Source: an uncultured bacterium
GTDB lineage: Bacteria; Babelota; Babeliae; Babelales; JACPOV01
DNA: 64,000 nt
NCBI GenBank assembly: GCA_963744715.1
Contig: CAVUUR010000007.1
Coordinates: 64,001-128,000 of the forward strand
Direction of reading: 5' to 3'
In this document: piece by piece, positions 43,197 to 54,795 of the stretch
Layout of the letters: the number at the start of each line of letters is the position of its first letter
How positions within the stretch are numbered: position 1 is the stretch's first letter
Notes under the pieces: model-generated
The model's database searches: none
What the model saw: the letters and a program-made list of their open reading frames with translations, nothing else
Told to the model about the DNA's origin: nothing
Position numbers and translations under genes: made by a program

Positions 43197-43748
43197 ATGA
43201 ATAAAAACATACTAAAATCAGTATCAGCTCTATTGTTAATGAGCCATATTGCATACGTTGGCGCAAGCCAAGAGAGCAGTACTGGTGCAGAACAAGCAAA
43301 AGCATCTTACACTGATAACGAACAATCTGAATATACGGTTGATCAAGATGAGCTTGATAATTCTCACAATCAGTTTTGGGATCAACTGCTGAATCAATCT
43401 CAGCAAAGTGAACTTGAAAGGGAACTTGTTCAATGGCAAGATGCTATTAAGAACAAAAAATTCCTAAAAAATATGAATAAAACAATGATCTTACAAGGCA
43501 TTGGTCTTTGTAGCGTAGCTTTGGCACTTGGTGCAGGAGCTGTATGGATAATCAATGATATGTATCAAACAATAACTAATGAACCTAATCTAGGATTTAA
43601 TCAACCGTCTGCTGGACATGGCATGTGCGTTGCTTACGGATGCGCTGGAGCTTTTTTATTAGGACAAGCAGGTATTGAACAAGTAGTTAACGGATGGAAT
43701 TATACTAAATATCTTACCCAAACTATTAATGATCGTAATAAGAATTAA
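43197..43748 (+). CDS. Hypothetical secreted/membrane protein
   Basis: Signal peptide, acidic N-region, two Gly-rich hydrophobic segments. Confidence 0.6.
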   Translation: MNKNILKSVSALLLMSHIAYVGASQESSTGAEQAKASYTDNEQSEYTVDQDELDNSHNQFWDQLLNQSQQSELERELVQWQDAIKNKKFLKNMNKTMILQGIGLCSVALALGAGAVWIINDMYQTITNEPNLGFNQPSAGHGMCVAYGCAGAFLLGQAGIEQVVNGWNYTKYLTQTINDRNKN

Positions 43749-43777
43749 ATCTAGAAAAAACTCCTAAGAAAACAAGC

Positions 43778-43863
43778 AGGGAAGCTTGTACAAGATAGTA
43801 GTGCTTTTTGCTGCTTCCTTTCGGACCTGACAAGTTAAACACGCTACCTTTACAAACTTCCCT
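43778..43863 (-). ncRNA. ffs: Small SRP RNA (4.5S)
   Basis: Minus strand has GTCAGGTCCGAAAGGAAGCAGC (helix 8) inside a long hairpin AGGGAAGTTTGTA/TACAAGCTTCCCT. Confidence 0.93.
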
Positions 43864-43885
43864 TATTTTTATGACGTTTTTTAAG

Positions 43886-43977
43886 TGGCGGAGAGAGAGG
43901 GATTCGAACCCTCGATGCCCTTTTCAGGACATACATGATTTCCAATCATGCTCTTTCGACCACTCAGACATCTCTCC
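43886..43977 (-). tRNA. tRNA-Ser(GGA)
   Basis: GGAGAGA acceptor, anticodon loop TTGGAAA, long variable arm, GCCA end. Confidence 0.95.
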
Positions 43978-44000
43978 AAATAATCATTAATTACGTAACG

Positions 44001-44921
44001 TTATTTTGTACGGGTTGTCTTAGAGCTTTTACCTTTTTCCTGTCTCCATTCTTTTCCAGGACCAGTCTTAGCTAATTTCCCCTCTTCTTCCTCTTTTGCC
44101 TTAATTAATTCTTTTTTCTTAGGGATTTTTTTTGTATCAACTTCTTCAACCTCTTCAGAAGCAATTACTTCAGGAACGATAATCTCATGTTCCAATTCTT
44201 TTTGTGCTTGAGCAGCTTGTGCTGCTGATTCTTTCTTTTGAACTGCTTTTTGTTGTCCTTGTTTTACCGCGTCAGCTAAATAATCAAGAACAACCTTAAT
44301 TGAACTTGCTGCATCATCGTTGCAAGGAATAATATAATCTAACAATGAAGGATCACTATTAGTATCAACTAAACCAACAACAGGAATACCCATGGCCGCT
44401 GCTTCTCTCAAAGCTGTTTGTTCTTTTTTAACATCAACAACAACAACGGCGCCTACTGGCATAGAAAAGCCTTTTATGCTGCCTACGTTTTTATTTAAAC
44501 GGTCGGCCATCTTTTGGAACGTTACTAATTCTTTTTTGGTATACGAAAATTGATGCGCTTTGTTAATAATATCTTCAAAATGCAATAATTTGGTAACTGA
44601 TTTTCTTACTTGAGAATAATTGGTCAAGGTTCCGCCAATCCATCGATGAATAACATAGGGTGACCCAAGTTCTGTACCTACTTGTGCAACAAGTGCTTGA
44701 GCAACTTTTTTAGTTCCGACCCATAAAATTGTTTTGCGTTCAGCGGCAACTGATGTTAAAAATTGTGCTGCTTTTTCTAAATGTATCGCTGTTTTTGCTA
44801 CATTAATTAAATGGATCCCATCCTTGAAACCCCATATAAATGGAGCCATCTTAGGATGCCAACGGGAAGCTTTATGCCCAAAATGAACATTAGATTCAAT
44901 AAGTTTTTTAATTTCAATCAT
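44001..44921 (-). CDS. rpsB: 30S ribosomal protein S2 with charged C-terminal extension
   Basis: VHFGH, WVGTK, RWIGGTLTN, DTNSDP, PCNDDA. Confidence 0.97.
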   Translation of the reverse strand: MIEIKKLIESNVHFGHKASRWHPKMAPFIWGFKDGIHLINVAKTAIHLEKAAQFLTSVAAERKTILWVGTKKVAQALVAQVGTELGSPYVIHRWIGGTLTNYSQVRKSVTKLLHFEDIINKAHQFSYTKKELVTFQKMADRLNKNVGSIKGFSMPVGAVVVVDVKKEQTALREAAAMGIPVVGLVDTNSDPSLLDYIIPCNDDAASSIKVVLDYLADAVKQGQQKAVQKKESAAQAAQAQKELEHEIIVPEVIASEEVEEVDTKKIPKKKELIKAKEEEEGKLAKTGPGKEWRQEKGKSSKTTRTK

Positions 44922-44934
44922 GAAAAATGCCTTT

Positions 44935-45000
44935 CTGGGTTATAACAACTACTTCTTGGTTGATCTTGATAAGACCATACCACCCACAATAAGAAGTAGG
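44935..45000 (-). promoter_or_regulatory. Candidate rpsB (S2/t44-like) autoregulatory leader
   Basis: Stem CTACTTCTT/AAGAAGTAG enclosing GGGTG, plus downstream TAACCC that could form the S2-leader pseudoknot. Confidence 0.6.
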
Positions 45001-45098
45001 AATTCCTATTATTTGTAAAAAATTACGTTTGAATAAAAGTTTAACAAAAAACCAATAAAAAACAATACGTACGTTCTCTTGGTTTTTTTATATTCCCC

Positions 45099-46490
45099 TT
45101 ATCCTATTACTTCATTATTAGCAATTGCTTTACTATACCTTTTGCCTAATAAAATTGCAGTTACCGTCCAAATAGCTACAACAACGGCAAAAAACACTGC
45201 GTGTAAAGACATGAAGAACGCGGAACCTAATAATTCAGCGAAAATATTAAACCCAGATGCTGTGGCGCGTGCCAATTTTGCACCAAAAGCATCAATCCAT
45301 GATTTTGACTTAAATTTCATTTCTTTAACCGTAGGAATATATAAACTTTCACGTACTGGTTGAGCAAATGCATAATTAATAGATTTAAATAAAGTATATA
45401 CTACTGACAATGAAAACCAATCATACGCCAACATACAATAGAGCAATAAAAGACCGGTTGAAAGGGGAACTAGTAATAAACACTTTTCTTCACCCAATTT
45501 TTTTAATAATGCTCGCGTACCTATGAGCGAAATCAAAAACCCAGATAAATGTAAAAAGAAGGATTGTTGAAACAGAAAACAACTTAAATCAGAAATGTTA
45601 TTAGAAGATGAGTGCGCAACACCCAATCTTTGATAACTTAACACTTTATTGACCATCTCATAGAAAAACAACATGCCAAAAATGCCTAAAATATAGGGCC
45701 ATTTTATCATCATAGAAAGTCCTGAAAAAACTCCCATAGGCTGCTGGGATTCGGTACTTTCTTCACTGCGTTGTTTTTCAAATTGATATACGGCTTCATA
45801 ACCATGCAAATTTTTTCCTGGTACCTTTTTAATAAGCATGTAAATCATAAAAGGTACAAAAAACGCTAATAACGAGAAGAAAATGAGCAAAATCTGGTGA
45901 TTCGTGACATCAGAAAAAAAACGTGCCCCGCCAAATTTAGGCGTTAATAAAATCCATGCCAATCCAGCACTTAACATACCACCTATTTTGGACATAGCTA
46001 CCATAAGACCATAATTATTTTTAGCAGCTTCTGGACTATTTATAGAGTTAGCAAAAGCCCAAAAAACGCTGACAACAAAAGGGGTAAAGCCTTCAACAAA
46101 AAAATAAAAAAACCACCCAAATAAACGAACAGGGCTTGTCTGCGTATTATGTAAACCGATTACCGGGTCACCGAGCAAATAGGCACAGGCAAAACCAACA
46201 ATACTATAAAAAAAGCTGTAAATATACAGCAACTGATAGCGCCTAACTTTATCAACAAGAAATGAATAAAAAAGCACCGCGGGTATTAAAACAACAAATT
46301 CTAATAAATTAGCCCAAGGAATATATTCTCTACCAACAATGGCGATAAAAAAGGAATCTCTAAGGTCTCTAATTATCGTGTATGCACCAATAACCAAAAA
46401 AAAGGTAGCCGATAATAATATTAATTTTAAATGTTCACCTTTGTCAGCCACTTTAAAGGCAGTAAGTTTTCGTGCAAAATTAAAACTCAT
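45099..46490 (-). CDS. NTT/Tlc family nucleotide (ATP/ADP) translocase
   Basis: About 12 TMs; LRDS, FWAFAN, INYAF.QP..E.LYIPT.KE.KFK.K.WID. Confidence 0.88.
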   Translation of the reverse strand: MSFNFARKLTAFKVADKGEHLKLILLSATFFLVIGAYTIIRDLRDSFFIAIVGREYIPWANLLEFVVLIPAVLFYSFLVDKVRRYQLLYIYSFFYSIVGFACAYLLGDPVIGLHNTQTSPVRLFGWFFYFFVEGFTPFVVSVFWAFANSINSPEAAKNNYGLMVAMSKIGGMLSAGLAWILLTPKFGGARFFSDVTNHQILLIFFSLLAFFVPFMIYMLIKKVPGKNLHGYEAVYQFEKQRSEESTESQQPMGVFSGLSMMIKWPYILGIFGMLFFYEMVNKVLSYQRLGVAHSSSNNISDLSCFLFQQSFFLHLSGFLISLIGTRALLKKLGEEKCLLLVPLSTGLLLLYCMLAYDWFSLSVVYTLFKSINYAFAQPVRESLYIPTVKEMKFKSKSWIDAFGAKLARATASGFNIFAELLGSAFFMSLHAVFFAVVVAIWTVTAILLGKRYSKAIANNEVIG

Positions 46491-46550
46491 ATAGCTTCCT
46501 ATCAATTCTTATGCAATATGCCTAGCAAATATTAATTTTGGTGTATCTAC

Positions 46551-46594
46551 AAAAAAAGCCTTCTAAACTCCTAGAATTTAGAAGGCTTTTTTTT
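46551..46594 (-). terminator. Intrinsic terminator between the NTT paralogs
   Basis: aaaaaaagccttctaaa...tttagaaggctttttttt. Confidence 0.85.
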
Positions 46595-46623
46595 CATATA
46601 TTCAGCTCGTTTTCATATAACGA

Positions 46624-48036
46624 TTAAACTACGATACGATTTTCGTCAACCGCTTTATTAAATTTCTTTCCTAGAAACAAGGTTATGGGGAACCAAACGC
46701 CAATGATTATTAATGAAGCAACCGTACAGGTAGTAATAAATTTATTCAATCCTGCTACAGCGCCATAATTAGCCATATAGGTTTTACGCCACAAATTCAC
46801 GGTTGATCCTAACGCTTTTGAACCACGTGAACCGTACGTTTCAATAAACGCTTGCGATTTATATTTAGCTTCTTTACTGGTTGGAATATACAGTTGCTTC
46901 ATGGTTGGCTGATTTAAACCATAATTGATAGCCTTTGAAAGCACCATAATCCAGAATAAAACACTGATGAAAGGATATGCTTTAAAGGTCAATACAACAC
47001 ATGCTACTAGTATTGGTAAGGATGCTAATGCAGCACCAAGCCCTAAGTATTTTTGAATATTATTAATTTTCAACGAAATACTTAAAAGAGAAATAAGCCC
47101 TACCCATATACCGTAGTAACCTAGGTACACGGTTGCATCATGCGGATTAGGGTATACATCGTTAACAAAGGTCTTAAAATTGAAGTCGAGCACCGTAATA
47201 ATTACCTCATACGAAGTAATTATGGCAAAAATACCAAGCAAATATGAAGAAGAAAGAATTAACCACAAGCCTTCAAAAAAGCCTGGTTCTTCATGATTTT
47301 TTTTATCATTTTTACCGTGATATCCTACTAACTGCTCCTTAGGGACTACTGAAACAAAATAACGAATTAACGCAATGATAACAAACATCATAGCAGCAAC
47401 AAAAACAACTGATCCTGCTAATACTGATGCGCTCGTTCTAGCAGCTTCTGCCGATAATTCTCCTTCAGGGCCAACCTCTATATGAAATAATTTTGTCATA
47501 ATCAAGATTAATGACAATGGGCCAAAAATGTTTCCTAATTGTCCGCCAAAAGCTACAACTGGATAACCACGCTCAGCTGATTCTGGTAACGTTGTATCAC
47601 CAACAAATGCCCAAAATAATGCAACGATGAGTGAACCAAAACTTTCAACGTACACATACCATGCCCATCCCCACCATCTATAAAAATTTGCAGGCCCAGA
47701 ACTTAATCCAAGTGATGGACTCCAGATAAGAAAGGCGAATAGCAATGCTATTGATCCGTAGATGGTACATAATGCATAAAACATTTTTTCACGAGGAAAA
47801 ATGTCTACCAACTTAGAATAAATTAAAATAAGAGGGAAAACGACAATCATCGAAAGAAATTTTGCTTGAGGAATATAGTTAGCCCCCACAACGTTCATAA
47901 ATACTGAATCTTTAAGTGGACGCAAAAACCAGTACGATCCAATTACTAATCCAAATATAAATGATAAAAGTCCAAACTTTTTAAGTTCTCCTTCTTTAAA
48001 ATCTCCCCACCACAAGCGAGTAATTTTGGCAAACAT
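46624..48036 (-). CDS. NTT/Tlc family nucleotide (ATP/ADP) translocase
   Basis: ELKKF, LRPLKDS, ESFGSL...LFWAF, YGLNQP...LYIPT.KE.KYK.QA.IE..GSR..KA. Confidence 0.9.
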   Translation of the reverse strand: MFAKITRLWWGDFKEGELKKFGLLSFIFGLVIGSYWFLRPLKDSVFMNVVGANYIPQAKFLSMIVVFPLILIYSKLVDIFPREKMFYALCTIYGSIALLFAFLIWSPSLGLSSGPANFYRWWGWAWYVYVESFGSLIVALFWAFVGDTTLPESAERGYPVVAFGGQLGNIFGPLSLILIMTKLFHIEVGPEGELSAEAARTSASVLAGSVVFVAAMMFVIIALIRYFVSVVPKEQLVGYHGKNDKKNHEEPGFFEGLWLILSSSYLLGIFAIITSYEVIITVLDFNFKTFVNDVYPNPHDATVYLGYYGIWVGLISLLSISLKINNIQKYLGLGAALASLPILVACVVLTFKAYPFISVLFWIMVLSKAINYGLNQPTMKQLYIPTSKEAKYKSQAFIETYGSRGSKALGSTVNLWRKTYMANYGAVAGLNKFITTCTVASLIIIGVWFPITLFLGKKFNKAVDENRIVV

Positions 48037-48469
48037 ATAATCCTCTCTGTTATACCATTATTTTAATATATTTTTACTTAAGTTATATTTTCACGAATTA
48101 CTATATTAAAGATTAATCATTTGTAAAAATTCTGCAAGCATAGTCTACAAAAACCCTTTTTTCATACCATTTTTTTAATTTCAATTATATACCATTCTAG
48201 CTTTTATACTATCAAAAATAGCTAATTTAAGGAATAATACCATAATTTTATTAATACTACCCATTATGACATTTACTAACCATCTATTCTTTGATACAAT
48301 TAAACTATCTTAAAAAAAATTATTAAGCAGCTTTCCTGAATGAAATAGGCAATAAAAAAGCTGTAGCTTTAATAATTACCGTAAAAAAATTAATTTAGAA
48401 AAATATATCGTTTTTCTATTATTTTTATTATCAAATAGAAATTGTTGTATCTTGAAATTAAGGCGACTT

Positions 48470-50921
48470 ATGACAGCAGATGAAATAAAACATCAACAAG
48501 AGGATTCACTTTCTGAAAAAAATAGCCTTTTGTTGCCACTTCTTCCGTTAAAAAATATTATTATTTTGCCAAAGAGCATACATCCCATTATTGTTGGAAG
48601 AGCTATTTCAATCAAAGCAGTTGAATATGCCTTAAATCATGATAAATCTATTTTTATTTCAACGCAAAAAGATCAAAAAGTAGAAAATCCAACCGAACAA
48701 GATGTTTTTGAATACGGCACCCGCGCTACTATTTTACAGATGATGCGCATGCCAAATGGATCATTAAAAATTTTAGTTGAAGGCATTTGCCGAGCAAAAA
48801 TAATCAAGGCTGAACAAATCAATGGTTTTTTGGCAGTGCATTGTCATGATTTACCAACTATAAATTTAGAAAAAACCATAGAAATAGAAGCATTATGGCG
48901 TCATCTAAAAAAGCTATATGAAGCTTACACAAAACTTAATGAAAAAGTGCCATTAGATCTTATGACCATGGCAAAAAATGTTGAAGACATGGATGCTATA
49001 GCCGATACCTTGGCAGTGCATTTAAATCTTTCTTTTGACGAACGCCAAGACATTTTAGAAACCAATGATTTACAAGAACGGCTTATTAAACTTAATAAAT
49101 TTTTGTCTAAAGAAATCGAAATTCTTGAAACGGAACAGCGCATCAAGGGAAGAATTCAAACGCAAGTTGAAAAAAGCCAACGCGAATATTATTTGACTGA
49201 ACAAATTAAAGCTATTCAAAAAGAATTAGGCCGCGAAGATCAACAAAGCAGAAATTCTACAAATACGCGCTAAATTAAAAACATTAGGTCTTTCACCAGA
49301 AGCTGCTGAAAAAGTTGATAAAGAGCTTCGCCGCTTGAACAAATGCCCCCGCTTTCATCAGAAGCGGTTGTTTCTCGCCATTATATTGATTGGATTATTT
49401 CATTGCCATGGAAAAAACAAAGTAAAGACACCATCAGTCTTCCGCAAGCAGAAAAAATTCTTAATAAAAAACATGCGGGGCTTATAAAAGCCTAAAGAAC
49501 GTATTATCGAGTTTTTAGCAGCAAAAAAATTTTCTAAAACAATTGAACGATCTCCTATTATTTGCCTTGTTGGCCCTCCTGGTGTTGGGAAAACATCACT
49601 CGCACATTCTATTGCAGAAAGTTTAGGTCGAGAATTTGTACGAATTTCATTGGTGGTATTCGTGATGAAGCTGAAGTACGAGGACATCGAAGAACATATA
49701 TCGGCGCACTTCCTGGCAAAATTATTCAAGCAATGAGAAAAGCAAAAACGCTCAATCCGGTCATTTTCCTTGATGAAATAGATAAGATCTCGCGTGATGT
49801 ACATGGCGATCCGGCAGCAGCATTACTTGAAGTACTTGATCCGGAACAAAATAAAGCATTCGTTGATCATTTTTTAGAAATTGAATACAATCTCTCAAAA
49901 GTAATGTTTATAGCTACGGCAAATATGATTGAAGGGATTCCTTTTCCACTTTTTGATCGAATGGAAATTATCACGCTGCCTGGTTATACGGAAGCATGAA
50001 AAGGTAGACATTGGCCACCAATTTCTTATTGCCTAAAAATTTACAAGAATATGGCCTAACTTCAAGACAATTCAAAATTTCAAATGACATTATTGCAGAT
50101 AATTGTTTCACACTACACCAAAGAAGCTGGCGTCCGCCAACTTGAACGTATCATTGCGAAATTAATGCGTAAAACTATTCAAGTTTTATTAAATGATAAA
50201 GAAGTAAAAAGTGTTACTATCACTCATGACCTATTAAAAGAATGGCTTGGTCAACCTAAATTTAAAAAAACAGTCCTTGATCAAACCAAAGAGCGCATTG
50301 GATTAGCAACAGGACTTGCTTGGACAGAATTTGGTGGCGATGTACTTGAAATTGAAGCAACGGTGATTATCAGGCAAAGGCGCGCTTAACCTTAACTGGT
50401 CAACTTGGTGAAGTCATGCAAGAATCTGCTCACGCAGCTTTAAGTTATATACGTTCACGCGCAACAGAGCTTAGGACTTTCCAATGGCGTTTTATGCTTC
50501 AAAAGATATTCATATTCACATTCCTGAAGGAGCTACACCAAAAGATGGTCCTTCTGCAGGCATAACCATGTGCGTTGCTCTCGTTTCAGCACTTACAAAA
50601 AATCCAACGTTACCTGATGTTGCTATGACTGGAGAACTTACCTTGCGGGGAAGAGTTCTTTCTATCGGGGGACTCAAAGAAAAACTTCTTGCCGCCCAAC
50701 AACATGATATTAAAACAGTGTTGGTACCAAAAGAAAACGCCGATGACGTCGATGAAATCTTAAAAGAAATTAAGATCAATCTTAATATTGTTTTTGTTGA
50801 TAATATGGATGAGGTATTAAAACAGGCATTGTCACACGATCCATTCAAAAAAAATAATAGTAAAATAGCGCATGAAAAAAAACGCAAAGAACTGAGTAAT
50901 AAGAAAAAATCACGTAAATAA
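48470..50921 (+). CDS. lon: Lon protease (multiple apparent frameshift errors)
   Basis: LON N-domain, [36 protein letters not shown]. Confidence 0.95.
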
Positions 50922-50952
50922 TCACCAAATAAAATATAATATTCGCATATTC

Positions 50953-53481
50953 TCATCTGCTATTCTGTGCTTCATTATTGCGATATTTGTAATAGAGGCA
51001 TTTAATGGTTTCCGATGTAACAAAATAGCAAACAACTAAGAAAAAAATAAAATAGAGATGTGCAAGAGGCATAGGAGTAAAGGTAAAAATTCTTTGCGCC
51101 CACTCGATATAAGGCAATATAACAGCCAATAAAGCCATACCCAATGAAAGCATTATCATTACATACGATGGCCTTGGAGCTTTAAAAAAAAGACCTTTTG
51201 TGCGTATCGAAAAAATAAAAGCTAACCCACACAAAACACTAAACGTAAACCAGCCCGTTTGCACCATATTAGGAATATTTTTTTTAAAAAATCCAAAGTA
51301 GATACTATCAAACACCGTACAAACAGTTCCTAATATTGTCGCAATGATAATAATATCACGTACATTCATTACGGTTCGATGTTTGACTTCTCGTGTACTA
51401 ACGGTATCGAGTGAAATAGAAATCATCGGCAAATCAGTTAATATATTTGCTAACAATAAATGAATCGGCAACATCGGCAAATAATCAATTATTAATGAGA
51501 TCAGTGCAACTGAATAAAAATTACCAAACGTTGTTGAGATCGTAGTTCTTAAATATTTGAAGGTGTTAATAAGAATAATACGGCCCTCTTCAATACCATT
51601 CACGATAACGAGCAAACTTTTTTTGAGTAAAATAATATCAGCAGTTTCACGTGCAATATCAACAGCATCCTGCACGGCTAAGGAAACATCCGCTATTTTT
51701 AAAGCAGGAGCATCATTAATACCATCACCCATATAACCAACTTCATGATTATGCTGTAACAATTGAATAATTTCGTATTTTTGCTCTGGCAACACGCGTG
51801 CAAAAACGCTGTACTGCTCAACTAATTTTCTTTTTTCATGCATGCTTTTTTTAGAAAATTCAAATCCAGTTATTACCTCATTGCTATCTTCAATTAACCC
51901 AATATTATAGGCAACGGTGCCGCACACTTCTTTACTATCGCCACTTAATACTTTAATAATAATCCCTAGTTTTTTGGCCTTTTGCACCGCTTCAATCGCC
52001 GTAGGCTTTAACGGATCAACAAATGAAATAAAACCTAAAAACGTTAAATTCTTTTCTTCATCAAGTATAGAACTATTTCCAGGAATAGTTCTATGTGCAA
52101 TGGCAAGAACACGGTTACCTTTTTGCCCTTCTTGATTAAGATAACGCTCAACCATATGATGATTTGAAATAGTACATAAAGAAATTACTTCTTCAGGCAT
52201 TCCCCGCACAACCAGTTCATAACTATGATTTTTTTTCACAACGACAGAATTTTTTTTGCGTAATGGATCAAAAGGAAGTTCTGTAACTCGTGTATATGAT
52301 ACTATTTTTTTTTGTTGTTCTTCGGTTAAATAATTCCATAAAACATGATCAAATCCTTTGGTTTGTTGTGGCAAAAAATCCCATGATGATTCTGCTCCTA
52401 ATGTCGCATAAAAAACGGTTTTTTCAGGATTTTCACTTTCAACGTTTGCTATGGTTAACACATTCTCAGTTAAGGTACCCGTTTTATCGGTACATAATAT
52501 TTCAACGCTGCCTAAACTTTCTATTGCAGATAACCGTTTAACAATAACTTTTTTCTTGGCTAACCGAGAGACTCCTTGTGATAAACAAAAAGTAACTACA
52601 ACAGGGAGTGCTTCCGGAATAACCGTAATGGCTAACGCAGTAGAAAAAATAAATAAGCTAATAACATCAATTTTTCCTTGCTTAATCCATACATTACCAA
52701 TGAAGACAACTACCAAGGTTATGAGGATTAATTTAATAATAAACTTGCCCAGTTTACCTACATCTTTAGCAAAACTACTTTCACGCATCGTTGCTACGGT
52801 TAATGATGCAATTTCCCCCATAGCGGTATCTTTGCCGGTGGCAATGATGAGAGCTTGTGCCTTACCAGTAACAACGGTTGTACCAGCAAAACCTATATTG
52901 GAAGCTTCATACACGGTTAAATTTTTTTTTGACAATATAGTACTTATTTTTTTTACGGGTGCAGATTCACCCGTTAATATCGATTCATCTACCAATACAT
53001 TTTCTGTTTGGACAAACCTAACGTCGGCTGGAATTACCGTACCAGGTGTCAGCATAACAATATCACCAGGAACCAAATCATCATGCGAGATTTCTATCTC
53101 TTTACCATCACGAATCACACGTTCGACATGAATTAAATATTTTTTTAATAAATATAGCGATCGTTCTGCCCTATATTCTTGAAAAAATCCAAGACTTACA
53201 TTAACCAATAAACATAGAAAAATAACATAACCATTATAGTGCTCACCCGCTAACAATGAGACAATGGCGATTCCTAAAAAAATAAAAAAAAAGGGAGATT
53301 TTAACTGACGCCACAATACTACTAAGGCTGATGTTTTTTGCTCGCCAAGTTTATTTAATCCATATATTTTTTGACGATGTGCGACTTCTTTTGATGATAA
53401 CCCATCATATGATGAATCCAATTTTTTTAGCGCTTCATCAACGGAATTATTACTATATAAAAGAAATGTATTGTTACTCAT
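50953..53481 (-). CDS. P-type cation ATPase, MgtA-like
   Basis: TGES, PEALP, DKTGTLT, GDGINDAP, NFYS. Confidence 0.9.
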   Translation of the reverse strand: MSNNTFLLYSNNSVDEALKKLDSSYDGLSSKEVAHRQKIYGLNKLGEQKTSALVVLWRQLKSPFFFIFLGIAIVSLLAGEHYNGYVIFLCLLVNVSLGFFQEYRAERSLYLLKKYLIHVERVIRDGKEIEISHDDLVPGDIVMLTPGTVIPADVRFVQTENVLVDESILTGESAPVKKISTILSKKNLTVYEASNIGFAGTTVVTGKAQALIIATGKDTAMGEIASLTVATMRESSFAKDVGKLGKFIIKLILITLVVVFIGNVWIKQGKIDVISLFIFSTALAITVIPEALPVVVTFCLSQGVSRLAKKKVIVKRLSAIESLGSVEILCTDKTGTLTENVLTIANVESENPEKTVFYATLGAESSWDFLPQQTKGFDHVLWNYLTEEQQKKIVSYTRVTELPFDPLRKKNSVVVKKNHSYELVVRGMPEEVISLCTISNHHMVERYLNQEGQKGNRVLAIAHRTIPGNSSILDEEKNLTFLGFISFVDPLKPTAIEAVQKAKKLGIIIKVLSGDSKEVCGTVAYNIGLIEDSNEVITGFEFSKKSMHEKRKLVEQYSVFARVLPEQKYEIIQLLQHNHEVGYMGDGINDAPALKIADVSLAVQDAVDIARETADIILLKKSLLVIVNGIEEGRIILINTFKYLRTTISTTFGNFYSVALISLIIDYLPMLPIHLLLANILTDLPMISISLDTVSTREVKHRTVMNVRDIIIIATILGTVCTVFDSIYFGFFKKNIPNMVQTGWFTFSVLCGLAFIFSIRTKGLFFKAPRPSYVMIMLSLGMALLAVILPYIEWAQRIFTFTPMPLAHLYFIFFLVVCYFVTSETIKCLYYKYRNNEAQNSR

Positions 53482-53608
53482 GCATCACCCTAAAATAAGG
53501 TAGAATTCAAAGTAACTATATCGGTTTATACTTCCATAAAGCAATAATAACCCAAATATATAGGAATTATTACATCAACGAAAAACCCGAGACCTATGAA
53601 ATTACAAA

Positions 53609-54166
53609 CTATGGTTTGCTATTCTGTGCCGCTTTCATCATTTTAACGAACTCTGAATAGGCCTTGAATTTCATCGCACAGCGGTAATTACCAACATCAT
53701 TAGTGCTCACTTGGGCATATGTTTGACAGGTTGTATGATCATCTGGATGTGAAAATCTTACACGTTCACGAGAATCTGGTAACTGACCAAACACTTTAAC
53801 AGAAACTTTAATTTCTGCAGAATCATCATTTTTGGAAATGCCTGGCGATTCGACAATACTAAAATCAGCAGCTATTGGGCCCTCTACAAGAGAAAAATTT
53901 TTCTTGTCATCGTTGTACCACGTAATATTGGTAGGCGATTTAAGGTTTTCATAGTACCTTATCCTAGCTTTTTTAGCAGCAGATGTATTGGGGAAAAGAA
54001 AAAAATATAACTGTTTCAGCTTTGAAACCTCATAAAATTTACCAGATGCGCATGCTGCATCCATTTTTTGCAATAAAAAATTAGTCAGCTCATCATTTGA
54101 TCTGACTATACAAAAATTAGACAGGATCAGTAGCGATGCTATTAGTATTATGTGTTGTTTTTTCAT
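53609..54166 (-). CDS. Hypothetical secreted protein
   Basis: 185-aa ORF with signal peptide. Confidence 0.55.
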   Translation of the reverse strand: MKKQHIILIASLLILSNFCIVRSNDELTNFLLQKMDAACASGKFYEVSKLKQLYFFLFPNTSAAKKARIRYYENLKSPTNITWYNDDKKNFSLVEGPIAADFSIVESPGISKNDDSAEIKVSVKVFGQLPDSRERVRFSHPDDHTTCQTYAQVSTNDVGNYRCAMKFKAYSEFVKMMKAAQNSKP

Positions 54167-54393
54167 ACATGGTTCCTATAATTAAAAAAATAAACCTAAA
54201 GTACTATATCAATAGTACCTTATAAATCACAAAATTTCAATCAGGATATTAAAATAAACGTTAACAAACGCCCTATTGTGAATAAATATAAATCCTTTCT
54301 ACGTATACCAAAATACCCTTTTGCACTATAATTTTTTACCTATATAATAGTAATAGTAATGTTTTTATATTGATCATCTTAATGGAGATTATT

Positions 54394-54771
54394 ATGAATC
54401 GTTTCTTAATCACAACATCAGCCCTTGCTCTGCTCACCTTACCAATCTATGGTACTCGCACAAACTCAATCGATCTGGATGTGCGTGAATTGATTTATAA
54501 TGCGCATAAAGCTAAAGCAGAGACTAACCGTTTGATTGAAACGTTGTATGTCTACAGCGAAAATAGAATAGTAAAACTAACAAAAACTAGACTCGTACTT
54601 TTTGGTGACAACGCAATGTCCTATGCATGCGCAATTACGTTTATTAAAAATCTTGAAATAGATGATGACCCGACTGCTCATACGTATGTGAAGTACAATG
54701 CATCACGAAAAGAACTTGAAGAATTATTTTACCTCGCTAGAAAATTTTACACAACGACCATTTCTATTTAA
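54394..54771 (+). CDS. Hypothetical secreted protein
   Basis: GGAG RBS, signal peptide. Confidence 0.55.
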   Translation: MNRFLITTSALALLTLPIYGTRTNSIDLDVRELIYNAHKAKAETNRLIETLYVYSENRIVKLTKTRLVLFGDNAMSYACAITFIKNLEIDDDPTAHTYVKYNASRKELEELFYLARKFYTTTISI

Positions 54772-54795
54772 ATAATACTAAGATAAAGGAATTTT

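Noticed and set aside
43808..43990. 60-aa ORF
   Set aside because: Antisense to tRNA-Ser and SRP RNA
48470..50921. lon, with ftsH, as genuinely pseudogenised ATP-dependent proteases
   Set aside because: Catalytic motifs are intact and the breaks are single-base indels, many at wobble sites; an artefact is more likely
52451..53131. 226-aa ORF and similar antisense ORFs inside ftsH, lon, pgsA and folC-like genes
   Set aside because: Shadow ORFs opposite conserved genes
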